NCBI GenBank assembly: GCA_054600435.1
Contig: BAAIJX010000104.1
Span: forward strand, 1-36,594
Source of the DNA: Neophaeotheca triangularis
Taxonomy: Eukaryota
DNA: 36,594 nucleotides
Direction: 5' to 3'
The translations under genes were made by a program, and so were the position numbers. Of this stretch, positions 1 to 11,131 are shown piece by piece. Each line of letters opens with the position of its first letter. Positions within the stretch are counted from its first letter, which is position 1. The notes beneath the pieces were generated by a model that was not told where the DNA came from, did not search any database, and worked only from the letters and a program-made list of their open reading frames with translations.

Positions 1-75
1 CTTTGTTCCAAACCCTTTTTATAAAATAATTCCAAAAACTTTCGTTTATAATTTTTTTTTTTAAAAAAAAAAAAA

Positions 76-130
<55 letters not shown>
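1..130. repeat. Low-complexity poly-A/poly-T tract at window start (probably contig-end or low-quality sequence)
   Basis: Alternating homopolymer runs, ending in a 40-nt A run at 91-130. Confidence 0.7.
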
Positions 131-132
<2 letters not shown>

Positions 133-737
133 CCCCAAGCCCAACGCTGCCCCGCCCTGATAACAAGCTACCTTCCCTAACGAGATGCCCTGTAAAATCA
201 AAACCAAAGTACACAGTGAGACACGCACTCCAAACGACTATCAGACCAGCTCTCGCATCATCTGCACAGGTGGGGTAGTACTGTAGAAATCGGGGTCTTG
301 GCTTGAAACTTTTGCGGCCGGGGGGGATTGGGTGGGAGGTGGTGATGATGGAGGGGGGTCTCGGCCGGCGTGGTTGGGAAAGGGTTTCGAGAGCCGGGTT
401 GAGGGAGTGGGGGGCATGGTGGGTGGATGGATGGATGAATGATAGGTGTGGGTGGGAATTGTAAGGGAATGCTGGATGGGGCGAGTTGGGTGGACGGCTG
501 GGGGTTGAGAGGTTCTACGTACCTTACCTAGATAGTGCTGCTGGTGGGAAGGACGGCTGGTGGGGATGTTTTGGCTTCGGGAATGGTACTTTTGTTTTTG
601 GCGTTTTAAATCTCGAGGCTACAGTAGCCGGCTAGCTCTCGACCCGGGAGGGTCCTGACTGTCTATTCCTCGCCATCATCAGCATCATCAAACCAGACCT
701 TGGGAATTGTCGGGCAAGTCTCTCCCACCCCCCACGC

Positions 738-2024
738 TTACATAGCCAAAGCCCTCTTAGCCATTTCTAACGCGCCCTCAAAAGTCTTGTTCCCCCCGAT
801 AAAACCCCCTGCATGCACAAAGACACCCCCGGGCACGCCACTAACCTCACTCAACTGCTCATCCCTCACCCCCTTCCAGGCCTCGGGCAAACTCTTGCGG
901 TTCTCAAAACTGCCCGGTTCCAAGCTCACGGCCCGAATCCTCCATTTCGCATCCGGCTCGCCGTTTTCCGCGAAAAGCGCATACAGCACGTTGCCCTCTG
1001 CTTTGTTTTCGCTCTCGAGAGCGTATAGGTGGTCCATCCAGGGGACGCCGCCGTCGGGGCCTTGGGGGATGACGATGATGGATCCCGAGGCATCGTGGGA
1101 GTGGCGGGATTGGAATGCTTGCTGCACGATTTCGCGCGCCGGTAGCCAGGAGTGGAATTTGTCCAGTGTCTCTGCGAGGAATTGCTCGCCGACGAATTGG
1201 GAGGCTTTGAGGAAGCGGGCGTCTTCTTCGTCCTGCGTCTTGGGGGCTGGGATGGGAGCGCCGTTTGTCGAGGTTCCCGTCGTGGTTACGGAGGATTTGG
1301 CGGCGGCGAGGGGCGATGGGTGCGAGTAGTTGAAGCGGTTGACGACGCTGGCGATGCTGAAGCCTTTGTCCGAGTATTGTTTTTGGATGTTGGCGGAGCG
1401 GAGGGCGGCCGGGTCGTAGAGGGAGATGCCGTTGTCGTTTCCGTCGAAGGCTTCGATGAAGTCTTCGTAGAGTTTGTTCCAGAGGAGGGTGACGTTTGGG
1501 TCGGTCGAGGGGAGCTGCGTGACGGTGCCGATGATTTGCTGGCCGTAGTGCATCCAGACTAGACCGGCCGAGGAGAGTTTAGTCGGGCGGTTGGGGAAGG
1601 TTGCGGTGAATTCGCGTTGGTGGTGGTCGTAGCGGAATAGGGAGTGGTCGTGTACGCCGCCTACGTCGCAGACAATGTCGCAGGTCGCGAGGAGTTCGGG
1701 GTCACGGGTGCGGATAAGGCTGCTCTCGCGGTAGGTGGGGAGTAGGCGGAGTAGGTAGACGGCTAGGGCTTCGTCGGCGTGGAAGTGACCGTTGTGAGTA
1801 CCAATGACAGGAGGTTTGCCGGGGGTGGTGGTGGTGGTGGACATTTTGACGCGTTTGGTGTCGGGTTCGGACATGTATGTCGGGGTGGTGGTGGTGGTGG
1901 TGGTGGTGGGGGTGGTCAAGAAGGGTCGGCGGATGTAACAAGTGCAAGATATTGTAGAGGAGAGAAGAAAAGATGAATGGATTGATCGAAGAGTGGTCAC
2001 GTTTCGCAAAAGGCTTGTCTTCAT
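738..2024 (-). CDS. MYG1: MYG1 family 3'-5' exonuclease / metal-dependent hydrolase (UPF0160)
   Basis: Intronless ORF with IGTHNGHFHADEALA, DVGG, YDHHQREF, KLSSAGLVW, DGNDNGI, FENRKSLPEAWKG and FVHAGGFIGGNKT motifs. Alternative in-frame ATGs at 1874 and 1844. Confidence 0.93.
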   Translation of the reverse strand: MKTSLLRNVTTLRSIHSSFLLSSTISCTCYIRRPFLTTPTTTTTTTTPTYMSEPDTKRVKMSTTTTTPGKPPVIGTHNGHFHADEALAVYLLRLLPTYRESSLIRTRDPELLATCDIVCDVGGVHDHSLFRYDHHQREFTATFPNRPTKLSSAGLVWMHYGQQIIGTVTQLPSTDPNVTLLWNKLYEDFIEAFDGNDNGISLYDPAALRSANIQKQYSDKGFSIASVVNRFNYSHPSPLAAAKSSVTTTGTSTNGAPIPAPKTQDEEDARFLKASQFVGEQFLAETLDKFHSWLPAREIVQQAFQSRHSHDASGSIIVIPQGPDGGVPWMDHLYALESENKAEGNVLYALFAENGEPDAKWRIRAVSLEPGSFENRKSLPEAWKGVRDEQLSEVSGVPGGVFVHAGGFIGGNKTFEGALEMAKRALAM

Positions 2025-2458
2025 AGAATAGAGAGTGGTGAGGCTCTACCACCTTAGGTACTCTTTTTGCTGCAAGTTCGAAACCTTCAATGCGGCGGGG
2101 GGGAGACGACCCTGATGACATAATAACCTGCCCAGGCTGGGAGAGATCGCCAAGGCGTGAGAGTAGGTGACAGCGGGGCGGTAGAAAGTGTAAAGAGGTG
2201 CGCACGTGAAAGTTAGTGGCTCCTGCGTTCACGTGCTGTGAGTTGAGAATAATTCGAGAATAATTATAATATCAATAACGAGTGCAGTTGACTGAGGAAA
2301 TAACATTACAGAAATACAACAATTAACTCTAATCGCATACGTAGGCACCTATCTAGGCAGGACTCAACATATTACATTATAATGTACTGTACGCGTCGAT
2401 TAAGGGTCGCCAATTTAACGCGCTAGAGTGTGTAAATTGTACTTGATAGTACAGTACC

Positions 2459-2494
2459 TACTAGTAGGTAGTACTAGTAGGTAGTACTAGTAGG
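2459..2494. repeat. Short tandem repeat (TACTAGTAGGTAG) x~2.8 in a TpA-rich patch
   Basis: 13-bp unit visible at 2459, 2472 and 2485 (partial). Confidence 0.7.
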
Positions 2495-3007
2495 AGGTAG
2501 ACTAAGTTTGTACTAGTAGTAGTATCTACCACTTGTTACTGCTGCAGCTGTACAAGTGCAAGAAACCTGCACCTGCACCTGCACACGACACGACACGACT
2601 ACCTACCGTGTCTACCTACTACCTTACTTACCTTACACGACTACTACAACCGCCACCACCTTCCACTTCCTTCCTTGCCTGCGCATCTCGACTCTCCTTC
2701 CCATAACTACCTATAGGTTAAGAGGCCAAGTGGGTCTATACCAATCCACTGCAAAAGGAAGGACAAGGGCAAGGAGCGGTCAAGAACAACCTTGGGACAA
2801 CACATACGAATCTCCGCCCCGCCCTCACCGCGACACGTCCTCCCATCCTCCACCCCTCAACAACAACAAAACCTCGCCGTCTTCCACCTCCTTCTCCCCC
2901 CCCTTCGGCTGCGCATTGGTTCTACCAAAAAGCAACGGCGCACACGCGCCTTTCCCTCTTTAATACCACCACACCAACCAAGCCTCCGACATCCACCGCC
3001 GCCCCTC

Positions 3008-4366
3008 ATGGCTCTGCTTTTACGCGTCATCAGCGGCTCGCTCTTCCTCTTCGCCATCGTCTTCACCATTCCTTTGTCCTTTGATGTCGGCGGGCGCACA
3101 TGCGGTCTCGCCTTTAGTCTCTCACTCGCGAGCTACTACTTCATCCTCAGCTGTCTCAAGGTGTCCATCCCGGAACAATCGACATGGCGAAGAGCAGGAG
3201 TAGGGATAATAGCTTCCTTTCAACCCCTCGTCATTTCCGGCTTACTCATCTGGTGTCTGAACAAATTCAGTGTCGATAGCGCTGACGAAGCAAATTGGGT
3301 ATCGCGCGCCTTCTACAACGCAACCAAACCTCTACACCAAAATCCGAGCGTCAAGGACTGGGTGTTTGGTCCGGACGGTCTCCTACAGAGCGCCTTCATC
3401 GGTGGCTGGGACAACCTCCTCCGCTACTCCACTCCCGTCTTCCAACTCGTCGAAGGCTTCTGTTCCCTTCTGGTCATCCAAGCGAGTGGACAAGTAACCC
3501 GCTACCTCGTCAACGGCGAAGGCGGCGACGGCTGGATGATTGGCTTGCTCGTCCTCTCCGCCAGCATCATCAGCAGCTCCGTCTACTTCCTCTGGCGCAT
3601 CTCAACCTTTCCTGGCATCGACTCTCAAGACGCAATTCTAATCGGCATAGCCATAACCTGCGCCTTCTTTCTCTGCGCTTGGGGCACTGGTAGCGGCCGC
3701 GGCAACGTCGTCGAAAGCAGCCTCCTCTTCGCCTACATTACCCTCTGCATCTACCAAGTCTTCACCGACTACCAACCCTCCCCAGACTCCCCCCTAGCCA
3801 ACCCCAACGAGCCGGCCCTCCAACAACCCACAACCGATGACTTTCCACCCTTACCCCCCATCATCATGGCCTCCTACACGACCGTCCTCCAAGCCCTCTC
3901 TCAACTCCCCTCCACCCTACACACAACCTTTTTCTTCATCCTCGCCGCCTTCCGCACCATCACCCCCTCGGTCATCATAGCCCTGGCATACCGCCTTATG
4001 GTCCTCTACAGCGCCGCACGCATCATCCCGGCCATCCGCTCCCAAGGCGCCTCAGAGGCAAGCTTGCACACCCAACTCGACGACTCCGACGGTGTCAACA
4101 CCGCCATGACCCTGCTCTCCTCATTCTCTCCCAGCATCCTCATTGCCGTCTACACAAGCCTCTTAATGCAGCATTTTGCTTCCGCGGCTAGCGACTGGCC
4201 GGGTGAATCGTGGACTATGCAGGGCGGACAGGGTGGGGAGGGGAATGTCTGGCGCTGGGTCAATCTGGCTGGCACCATGTCGTTGTATGCGCTAGAGCTT
4301 TGGTTGGGTAAGAGGGGGGAAGATGGGTTGGGTGTCGGAGTTGGTGGACATTGGAAATTGGATTGA
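3008..4366 (+). CDS. ICE2: ICE2 family ER polytopic membrane protein
   Basis: First ATG at 3008 (MALLLRVISG). Motifs IPLSFDVGGRTCGLAFSLSL, LRYSTPVFQLVEGFCSLLVIQA, GRGNVVESSLLFAY, SPSILIAVYTSLLMQHF and C-terminal HWKLD; many hydrophobic segments. Confidence 0.88.
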   Translation: MALLLRVISGSLFLFAIVFTIPLSFDVGGRTCGLAFSLSLASYYFILSCLKVSIPEQSTWRRAGVGIIASFQPLVISGLLIWCLNKFSVDSADEANWVSRAFYNATKPLHQNPSVKDWVFGPDGLLQSAFIGGWDNLLRYSTPVFQLVEGFCSLLVIQASGQVTRYLVNGEGGDGWMIGLLVLSASIISSSVYFLWRISTFPGIDSQDAILIGIAITCAFFLCAWGTGSGRGNVVESSLLFAYITLCIYQVFTDYQPSPDSPLANPNEPALQQPTTDDFPPLPPIIMASYTTVLQALSQLPSTLHTTFFFILAAFRTITPSVIIALAYRLMVLYSAARIIPAIRSQGASEASLHTQLDDSDGVNTAMTLLSSFSPSILIAVYTSLLMQHFASAASDWPGESWTMQGGQGGEGNVWRWVNLAGTMSLYALELWLGKRGEDGLGVGVGGHWKLD

Positions 4367-4806
4367 TAGGTTGGGGGGGACAAATTTTGAGCATCAAGGA
4401 TTCCTGAGCCGACACGCTGGGTTGATATGGTGTCTAGGATTCAGCTGCGGTGAGGTATGGAGCTGCAGCGCAGCAGCAGGAGCATTACAGCCTACGACGT
4501 TTCGAGAACGTGCAACGACAATCGGCCTCATCGCCTACCCACCTACCTATCTTCCCATCTATCGACTCCCCACCCTCGGGAACCACAGGCCACTCGAACG
4601 GCAGCCGCGTACATACAAACGGAGAGTTAGTACGACCAGACGCCAGAACCAAGCATGGACCGAACGCAGATGAGCGCTCGGCAGCCCGCAGAGGTATCTT
4701 GCCGTCGATGCGCACAGCAAAGTCCGACAACGGCATTCAACTTGAACTCCCTGAGCCACAGGACGGTACGAACGATTGTGAACCCGTTCAGTCCTGCCCG
4801 CAAGCA

Positions 4807-5313
4807 TTAGCGAAGATGGACTTCATCCCTCTGGAGAAAGAGAGTAGCGAGCAAATCAGCACCGGCTGTAGCGGTTACGGTTGCAACAGGTTTGGGCTGT
4901 AGCTTCGCGACGGGCCTACGACGGATTTGCGGCAGAGCCTGAGCGTTGTGCGTCTTGATGGGTCGAGCTAATGGCAGTGCTCGTGCAATTGAATCGCGGG
5001 CTTCGTGGCTTTGGCGGATCTGTGTCTGTGGGAGGCTCTGAATCTGAGACCGAGACCGAACTAGAGTGTGAACTGGTTTCGAGAGGCAGTTTGCGCTCGG
5101 ATGGGTCTTTGATCTCGGGTGTTTGCGAACCGAAGGATCGTGTGGGGTTTTTATTGGGGAGTCGTGGAAGTTGCCTTTTTCGGAAAGGAATCCAAGGGGC
5201 CTTCGTCGGTTACGGGATCTCTTGGGGGATATGAGGCGACTTGTGCTTGGCATCAAGGGGCTGGGGTGCTGCTTGCAGGCTCGTCGCTCGCTGCTTATTC
5301 TGAATATCGCCAT
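4807..5313 (-). CDS. Possible orphan basic protein (168 aa), weakly supported
   Basis: ATG in good context (AGCATGG) downstream of a pyrimidine-rich promoter-like tract on the - strand (~5600-5720). No recognisable domain. Confidence 0.25.
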   Translation of the reverse strand: MAIFRISSERRACKQHPSPLMPSTSRLISPKRSRNRRRPLGFLSEKGNFHDSPIKTPHDPSVRKHPRSKTHPSANCLSKPVHTLVRSRSQIQSLPQTQIRQSHEARDSIARALPLARPIKTHNAQALPQIRRRPVAKLQPKPVATVTATAGADLLATLFLQRDEVHLR

Positions 5314-5918
5314 GCTGTGCTGAGTCGAACGAGTGGTGCAGGCCGTGGTGGTGGGGTGTTGGTGCCTGTTGTTGGTGCTTGTGTCGCTGCTGTTGGTGCC
5401 AGTGCAAAATAATCGGATCCGGTAAGCTAGTGATGCGGATTTGCGCTCGGTAGGAGCGTCGCACGGGGAAGACGGCGAGGAAGTTGAGATTGGGCGTGTA
5501 CAGAACAGATCGTTTTTGCAATTAGGGAATTCGAGGTGGCGTTCACTTGACACGCAAGCTAGTTTTGAGTGTTATGAGGGCATTGTTCGGAGGGGGCAGT
5601 GCAGTGGAGGAATGGGGGAAATCAGAGAAGAGAGAAGGGAGCACAGCGCGGGAGAGAAGAGGAGAAGCCAGAGGAAAAGCCAAAAGGCGGACGGTCAGGG
5701 AAGACAACCAAGGAAGATTGAAGGGCAGCTGAACTGAGCTTAGTACCTTACTTACCCAACCCTTGTCCAAACCTATGAAACCCACAACAAGGCCACTCGT
5801 CCGCATCGTCCGTTACCATGCTATCCGCGAAGTTCTACCAGTGTCCTAGCGCTTGCTGATGGTGGGAAAGGTGTGATTCAAGTATAGTATTAAGTACTCT
5901 TTTACACCTCTGTCTGCC

Positions 5919-6040
5919 AGATACGACCACAGCTCAATGAAAACTACAGCCGATCCCGTCCGCTCTCGGGTACTTAAGCATTGAAGCGGGTGACTAGTAC
6001 TGCGGTGGGTGACCACGTGGGAATCCCACCTGTTGTATCT
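5919..6040 (+). rRNA. Dispersed 5S rRNA gene (divergent variant)
   Basis: AGATACGACC...GAAAAC...GATCCCGTCCGCTCT...TAAGC...CTAGTAC...GGTGACC...GAATCC...TGTTGTATCT matches the Pezizomycotina 5S layout. The 5' AGATAC pairs with the 3' GTATCT. A TATA-like tract lies at ~5883-5894. Confidence 0.92.
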
Positions 6041-6053
6041 TTCAACTCTTTAC

Positions 6054-6065
6054 TTTTTTTTTTTT
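6054..6065 (+). terminator. Pol III terminator T-run for the 5S gene
   Basis: T12 run 13 nt after the 5S 3' end. Confidence 0.65.
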
Positions 6066-6443
6066 CCATCGTATCAATGCTTATTCCTGTCCAGCATTTG
6101 AAGCCGCCGTTGAGCATGGGGTTGGGTGCATTTGAAGCCTTCTTTTTTTTTTTTTTCCCTAGCTCTCCTCGTTTTGAATGCTCCTGCACGTAGTACTTAC
6201 TTGCCTTTCTCGCTTTTCACGTGTGACGGAATTGAAGACTTCTGGTTGCATTTACTGTTTGAGATGGAGCCCTACTGCACCCGCCTCGCTTTTTGCCCCC
6301 ATTCCTTTTTTGTTTCCTTCTTTTTTCTTTTTTTGTACACGGCAGATCTCGCAGACGAGAGGGGACAGTAGCGAGGCGGACAGGTTTTGAATTCTACCTG
6401 CGCAGGTTTATATAATGCAACTGTTGTTTCATTGGTGCCTTCA

Positions 6444-6444
<1 letters not shown>

Positions 6445-6474
<30 letters not shown>
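6445..6474. repeat. (CA)15 microsatellite
   Basis: Direct reading. Confidence 0.95.
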
Positions 6475-6477
<3 letters not shown>

Positions 6478-7116
6478 CGTGACTACTTCGGCGCCGATAC
6501 TATTCGGAGGAGCCATGCTAAAGCCGATCTGCGCAGGGGTCATCCCTTCTTCCATCAAACGTGATGCTAGAGCAGGCGACTACGTACTTGCGCCTTTCCC
6601 GATGCACTGCGGTGCTCTCGGCATTGGTGCGGTGCGTTTCTATCACCCAAACGATGTGCGCCCAACTCTCCTTTTGAGCCCGTAGTCCGTGTGAACCTTC
6701 ATCGGCCTTTGCGAGTAATCTACGACTTGTAGAGACTTGTGCTTTTTTGTATAGCTGAAGCGGACTGGCTAGAGCTCGCCGAAGTATCTGGAAGAAAGCT
6801 CCGGCTCGCTTGCTGGCGATGGCGCGGATACGTGCGAGGAAGGGTATTTGGCGACAAAGTTGAAGAAATTGTGGGTTGCGACGCCCGCTACGTCGGAATT
6901 TTCTGTTCGAAGTTCATCCAGGAGAGTGTTGATGGCGTGCCAGGCAAGAGTCCTTGGATTTGTCGCTCTCGGCCACTGTTGCCGCTCAAGCTAGCGACGC
7001 GAGTATGCAGCTAGTCTCGTAGATGGACTCAGGTAGGCCTCTTTCAGCGCGGGTCGAAAACTCCGCAGCAGTGTACATCGTCAACCCCACGTCCAGAAAG
7101 GGGTTTAGCATCAGCC

Positions 7117-8391
7117 TCAGTATTCTGACCAACCCTGCCGCGGTCCCACCCGCATAAGCCTGACACAAGGCTTCATAGCCGGAACGGAGGGTTGCCTGAC
7201 GGCAGCCAAGCGTCTCCAGAATCTCCCCGCCGCGAGACTGCTAACGAAGTACAGGGCAACGCCCGCAGGAAATTGTGGTATCACCCAGCAGAACAGGAGC
7301 GTGATGGTCAACCGCTGCTTCTCGCCCAAGGTCAGCGGCGCGCTCTTCTTACGTTTAGACACCTGATTGATCGCGCGGCCGGCTTCGGAGTTTGGATCGA
7401 TACCCGTGGGTAAAGGAGCGACGGTGGGATTTTGGGTAGCGTTGATGACGGCTGACCGACGGCGATGGGCAGCTGTGAGAATGGGGATGACGGTTAGAGC
7501 TGCCAGGGCTATGGGGAAGGTTATGAGGGCGGGGTCGGGGAGAGTCAGGTTTTGGAACCACAGCATGCCTTCTTGGGAGAGGGTGGGGTCGAAATAGGTG
7601 ATTGGGTTTGCTGAGACGAGGTTTCCGGGTGAGGTCGTGGGAAGTTGGGCGAGGGTCTCGCCGTCGGGGACGCTAATCGAGTCTTGGTTTTGAGCTGCTT
7701 TCCAGGCTTCGTGCTTTTGTACGTATTGTTCTTCCAAGGACAGGGATCTTTGAGGCGGAGTGTAGGAGATGACGCCTGGGGCGATGATGTTGCCAATCCA
7801 TTTTAAGTAATCGTTAATTGTAGAGAGGAGACCATGGCCTGCGCCAGCTTTGAGGCGGATAGCCTCGGTGAAGGCTATCAGGAGGAAAAAGCTAGAGCCT
7901 ACTTGCAACCATGTGCTAGGGACTTTGAACTTCTTCTTCAACTGCCGCATGGAACTGAACATCATCAACATCCTGTCCCATTGTAAGAGTGACTGTGGTC
8001 GCCGGCCTAGGTGACCAAGTGGGAGACGTTGTGAAAACTTTTGAGGATCGTTGCGCTGTTCTAGTGTCATCTTGACCGTGGCTAGGGGCATGAGATGGCG
8101 GATGATGTTTGGGTCGCTTCGGAAGTATAAGAGACTGCCTTGAACGAGGAAAGCCGAGGTTGGTATAGTAGCCCACCATGGAAGACCCATGGTATGCAAA
8201 CCATCAAGTACGCCATTGGGAATGGCGAGAATGATATCTGTGAGGTTTGTGGTGGATTCGACTGACTGGGCGGGAATGGAGGAGAAGAGTCGGTTGGGTA
8301 GCGAGCGGTTGTAGGTAGCGAGGCGGAGGTGTGGTGGGAGTAGTAAGAAGCCAGCACGCGATAGACGAGGAGACAGCCGCGAAGTGAGCAT
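7117..8391 (-). CDS. COX18: Oxa1/YidC-family mitochondrial inner-membrane insertase, Cox18/Oxa2-like
   Basis: Arg/Ser/Leu-rich presequence from ATG 8391 (MLTSRLSPRLSR). Motifs LHTMGLPWWATIP, EGMLWFQNLTLPDP and PAGVALYFVSS. No long C-terminal ribosome-binding tail. Confidence 0.75.
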   Translation of the reverse strand: MLTSRLSPRLSRAGFLLLPPHLRLATYNRSLPNRLFSSIPAQSVESTTNLTDIILAIPNGVLDGLHTMGLPWWATIPTSAFLVQGSLLYFRSDPNIIRHLMPLATVKMTLEQRNDPQKFSQRLPLGHLGRRPQSLLQWDRMLMMFSSMRQLKKKFKVPSTWLQVGSSFFLLIAFTEAIRLKAGAGHGLLSTINDYLKWIGNIIAPGVISYTPPQRSLSLEEQYVQKHEAWKAAQNQDSISVPDGETLAQLPTTSPGNLVSANPITYFDPTLSQEGMLWFQNLTLPDPALITFPIALAALTVIPILTAAHRRRSAVINATQNPTVAPLPTGIDPNSEAGRAINQVSKRKKSAPLTLGEKQRLTITLLFCWVIPQFPAGVALYFVSSLAAGRFWRRLAAVRQPSVPAMKPCVRLMRVGPRQGWSEY

Positions 8392-8729
8392 GGTGAGTAT
8401 ATCTCTCGTACCCGATCGAGGTAGAAGAAGAGAGAATGAGAAATCCAAGTGGTGTTCGGTGTCTATTCAAGGGTCGCGGCCGAGACGAGATGGGATGAAG
8501 TCGAGCTGGTGGCTGGGCTCACGGGTAGATCCGCTCTCCTCCGGCGCTAAAAGGCGGGAATACCCTACAGAAGGGTTGACGACGTCCGTGTGGGGGCGGG
8601 CAGCTGACGTGACACGCTGTTTCACATGATGGGAACTGTTACAGGCGCGTATCTACAACCCTGGAATTGTTACAACAACCTCAACTCTCCTTCCCCATTT
8701 CACCACCATTCCTCTCCTAACATGCCATC

Positions 8730-10773
8730 ATGAAGTGGGGCATTGGTCAGGGCAAAAGTCATGGCGAGCGCAAATACAACAGCGCCGACCCGGAAATGGC
8801 TTTAACTTATACTGTGGTCGGCCTGCTCTTTGGTGCCACTGTTGTTGCGAGCATTGTGCCATGGCTGCTTGCATTTGTGGGGAGACAAATGGGGAGTACG
8901 GTAACGAGTCGAACTCAGCAGCGCCGTGAGCTTCTCCTCGACCGGGCCACATCTGAGGAAAAAGATCAACCACCAAAGACGGAAATCGCCAGCAAGAAAC
9001 CCCCGTCCTCTACCTCTTTAGACTCGGAATGGGAAAAGGTTAGCCAAGCGTCGGCAACTCCTACTGCTAAATCCTTGTCCGAAGACGACAAAAGCTTCTC
9101 CGGAATCATAGGCTTCTTCCACCCCTTCTGTAACGCCGGTGGAGGCGGTGAACGTGTTCTCTTCGCCGCTATCCTCGCAACTCAACACCGCTATCCAAAC
9201 GCTCTTTGTGTGGTCTACACAGGCGACCATGAAGCCAACAAAGAAGAGATATTGACCAACGTGCGCAACCGCTTCAACATCCACCTCCACGCCCCTCGTG
9301 TCACCTTTCTCTACCTCAGCACGCGAGACTACGTCTTACCCAGCAAATGGCCGCACTTCACCCTGCTAGGACAGTCCCTCGGGAGTCTAGTGCTGGCCTG
9401 GGACGCCTTCAACCTCGTCGTGCCGGACATCTTCATCGATACCATGGGCTATGCCTTCACCCTCGCGGCATGCAAATGGCTCTTCCCCTCCATTCCCACC
9501 GGAGCCTACGTCCATTACCCCACAATCTCAACCGACATGCTCCGCTCTCTCCAAACAGATGTAAACTCGCACCAAGGTGGTGCCCACGCCGGTCTCGGAA
9601 GCGGCGTACGCGGTCGTCTAAAACAATTCTATTGGGAGCTCTTCGCCAAACTCTACAGCCGGGTAGGGGGCAACGTCGACATCGTCATGACCAATAGCAG
9701 CTGGACGCAAAACCACATGGCCTCCTTATGGGGCCCTTCTCGTACAGCCCAATGCAAGCCTCACGCCATTTCCGTTGTCTACCCGCCCTGCGCAGTATCC
9801 GAGCTCGCTGAGAAGATACCGGTGACGGCGGGAACCGAAGCTTCAAAACGCACAAAGGACATTCTCTACATAGCGCAATTCCGACCGGAGAAGAATCACT
9901 CCACCGTCATTGACGCTTTCCGATCCTACCTCTCCTCTCTACCAGAGTCAACACCCGTGTCCGAAAATCCAAAGTTGATACTCGTCGGCAGCGTTCGCGA
10001 TGACGCCGACGAAAAGCGTGTCTACAAGCTCCGACTCCAAGCACAAAGCATCAGGGACAGCGTGGAGTTCATCGTCAACGCCAAGTGGCCGAAGGTTTTG
10101 GACTTGCTGGCGACGTGTTCAGTAGGGGTGAATGGGATGTGGAACGAACATTTTGGGATTGGGGTTGTAGAATACCAGGCGGCCGGATTGGTGAGCGTAG
10201 TCAGTGATTCGGGAGGCCCTAAGAACGATATCGTCGTGCCGATTGATGGGAAAGAGACGGGTGAGTTCATTCCTTCCAGTCATGTTAATTTCACCTTCCC
10301 CCCCCCCCCCAACTCAAGTCTACTCTATCATCTTCCTGCCCTAGCACCTTACCGCTTCTCTTTCACTCTACACCGACGCCCCTGCGCTCTCTCTCGAGCC
10401 ATGGCCACAAGTCGCTCATCCCGAGCTTTCTTCCTCTACCACTTCTTCCGTCTCCGCTACACCAAGTAATCTACCCCTTACTCCGAGTCTCTGTCGAAGC
10501 TCAGCGCATGATCACTTCCTCCACTAACCTCAATCTACCTCCCCAGGCTACCACGCAACGACGCCTTCCGAATTTGCCGAGGGTTTCCGCAAAGCTCTCG
10601 CACTGCCCCAAGCCGAGATGCTCGCCCTTCGCCTCCGAGCGCGCGAGTCCGCTAAACGGTTCTCGGAAGACGTGTTTGACGAGGCGTGGAAGCGGCAGAT
10701 GGTTAGGTTGGTGGGCCTTGCTTCTGAGAAGTTGAAGAAAGAGGCAATGGAGGCGACCGGAGTTGGGCTTTAG
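8730..10773 (+). CDS. ALG11: GDP-Man:Man3GlcNAc2-PP-Dol alpha-1,2-mannosyltransferase (GT4)
   Basis: Motifs GFFHPFCNAGGGGERVL, HFTLLGQS, PDIFIDTMGYAF, YVHYPTISTDML, AQFRPEKNH, MWNEHFGIGVVEY and SGGPKNDIV. Exons 8730-10260 and 10547-10773 (intron GTGAGT...ACTAAC...CAG) restore TGYHATT...RFSEDVF. Alternative start at 8796. Confidence 0.95.
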
Positions 10774-11131
10774 AGAGGCTACTGGCTGTCAGTGGCGAGA
10801 CGCAACCGTCACTGCATAGGGAATGTTTCATGTGACTTTTCGGTGGGTAAGCACGCCAATGGGCACTCGCGACAGAGTCGACTCGGATCGACGTTTCTAG
10901 CGGATCAGAGAATATTCATGAACAGCATTGATTGAAGTTTCTTTTTCCCTCATAACGCACTAAACAGCTTGCTCAACAAGCAGTGCCCTAACACCCACCC
11001 CTATCGACGCGCACTCAGTAAACAGCCATGGCCTCTGGCAATCCCACAAACGCATCTCAGCCATAAGCAGTCAAGCAGCCTGTTTCTTTCTACGTGGACT
11101 CGCGTGTCACCTGCTTCACGTAACCATCCAC

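Noticed and set aside
700..1562. Plus-strand ORFs overlapping MYG1, and similar antisense ORFs over the other genes
   Set aside because: They are shadow frames of GC-rich coding sequence with no independent motifs.
2792..3007. N-terminal extension of the ICE2 ORF in the track
   Set aside because: It starts at a non-ATG codon; family similarity begins at ATG 3008.
6475..6990. Minus-strand frame with protein-like stretches broken by TAG/TGA stops (possible pseudogene)
   Set aside because: No recognisable motif; I cannot distinguish it from intergenic or 3'-UTR sequence without a search.
10261..10546. Long (286-nt) ALG11 intron as a snoRNA host, and the read-through C-terminus in the ORF track
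   Set aside because: No C/D or H/ACA boxes were found; the spliced exon restores the conserved ALG11 C-terminus.
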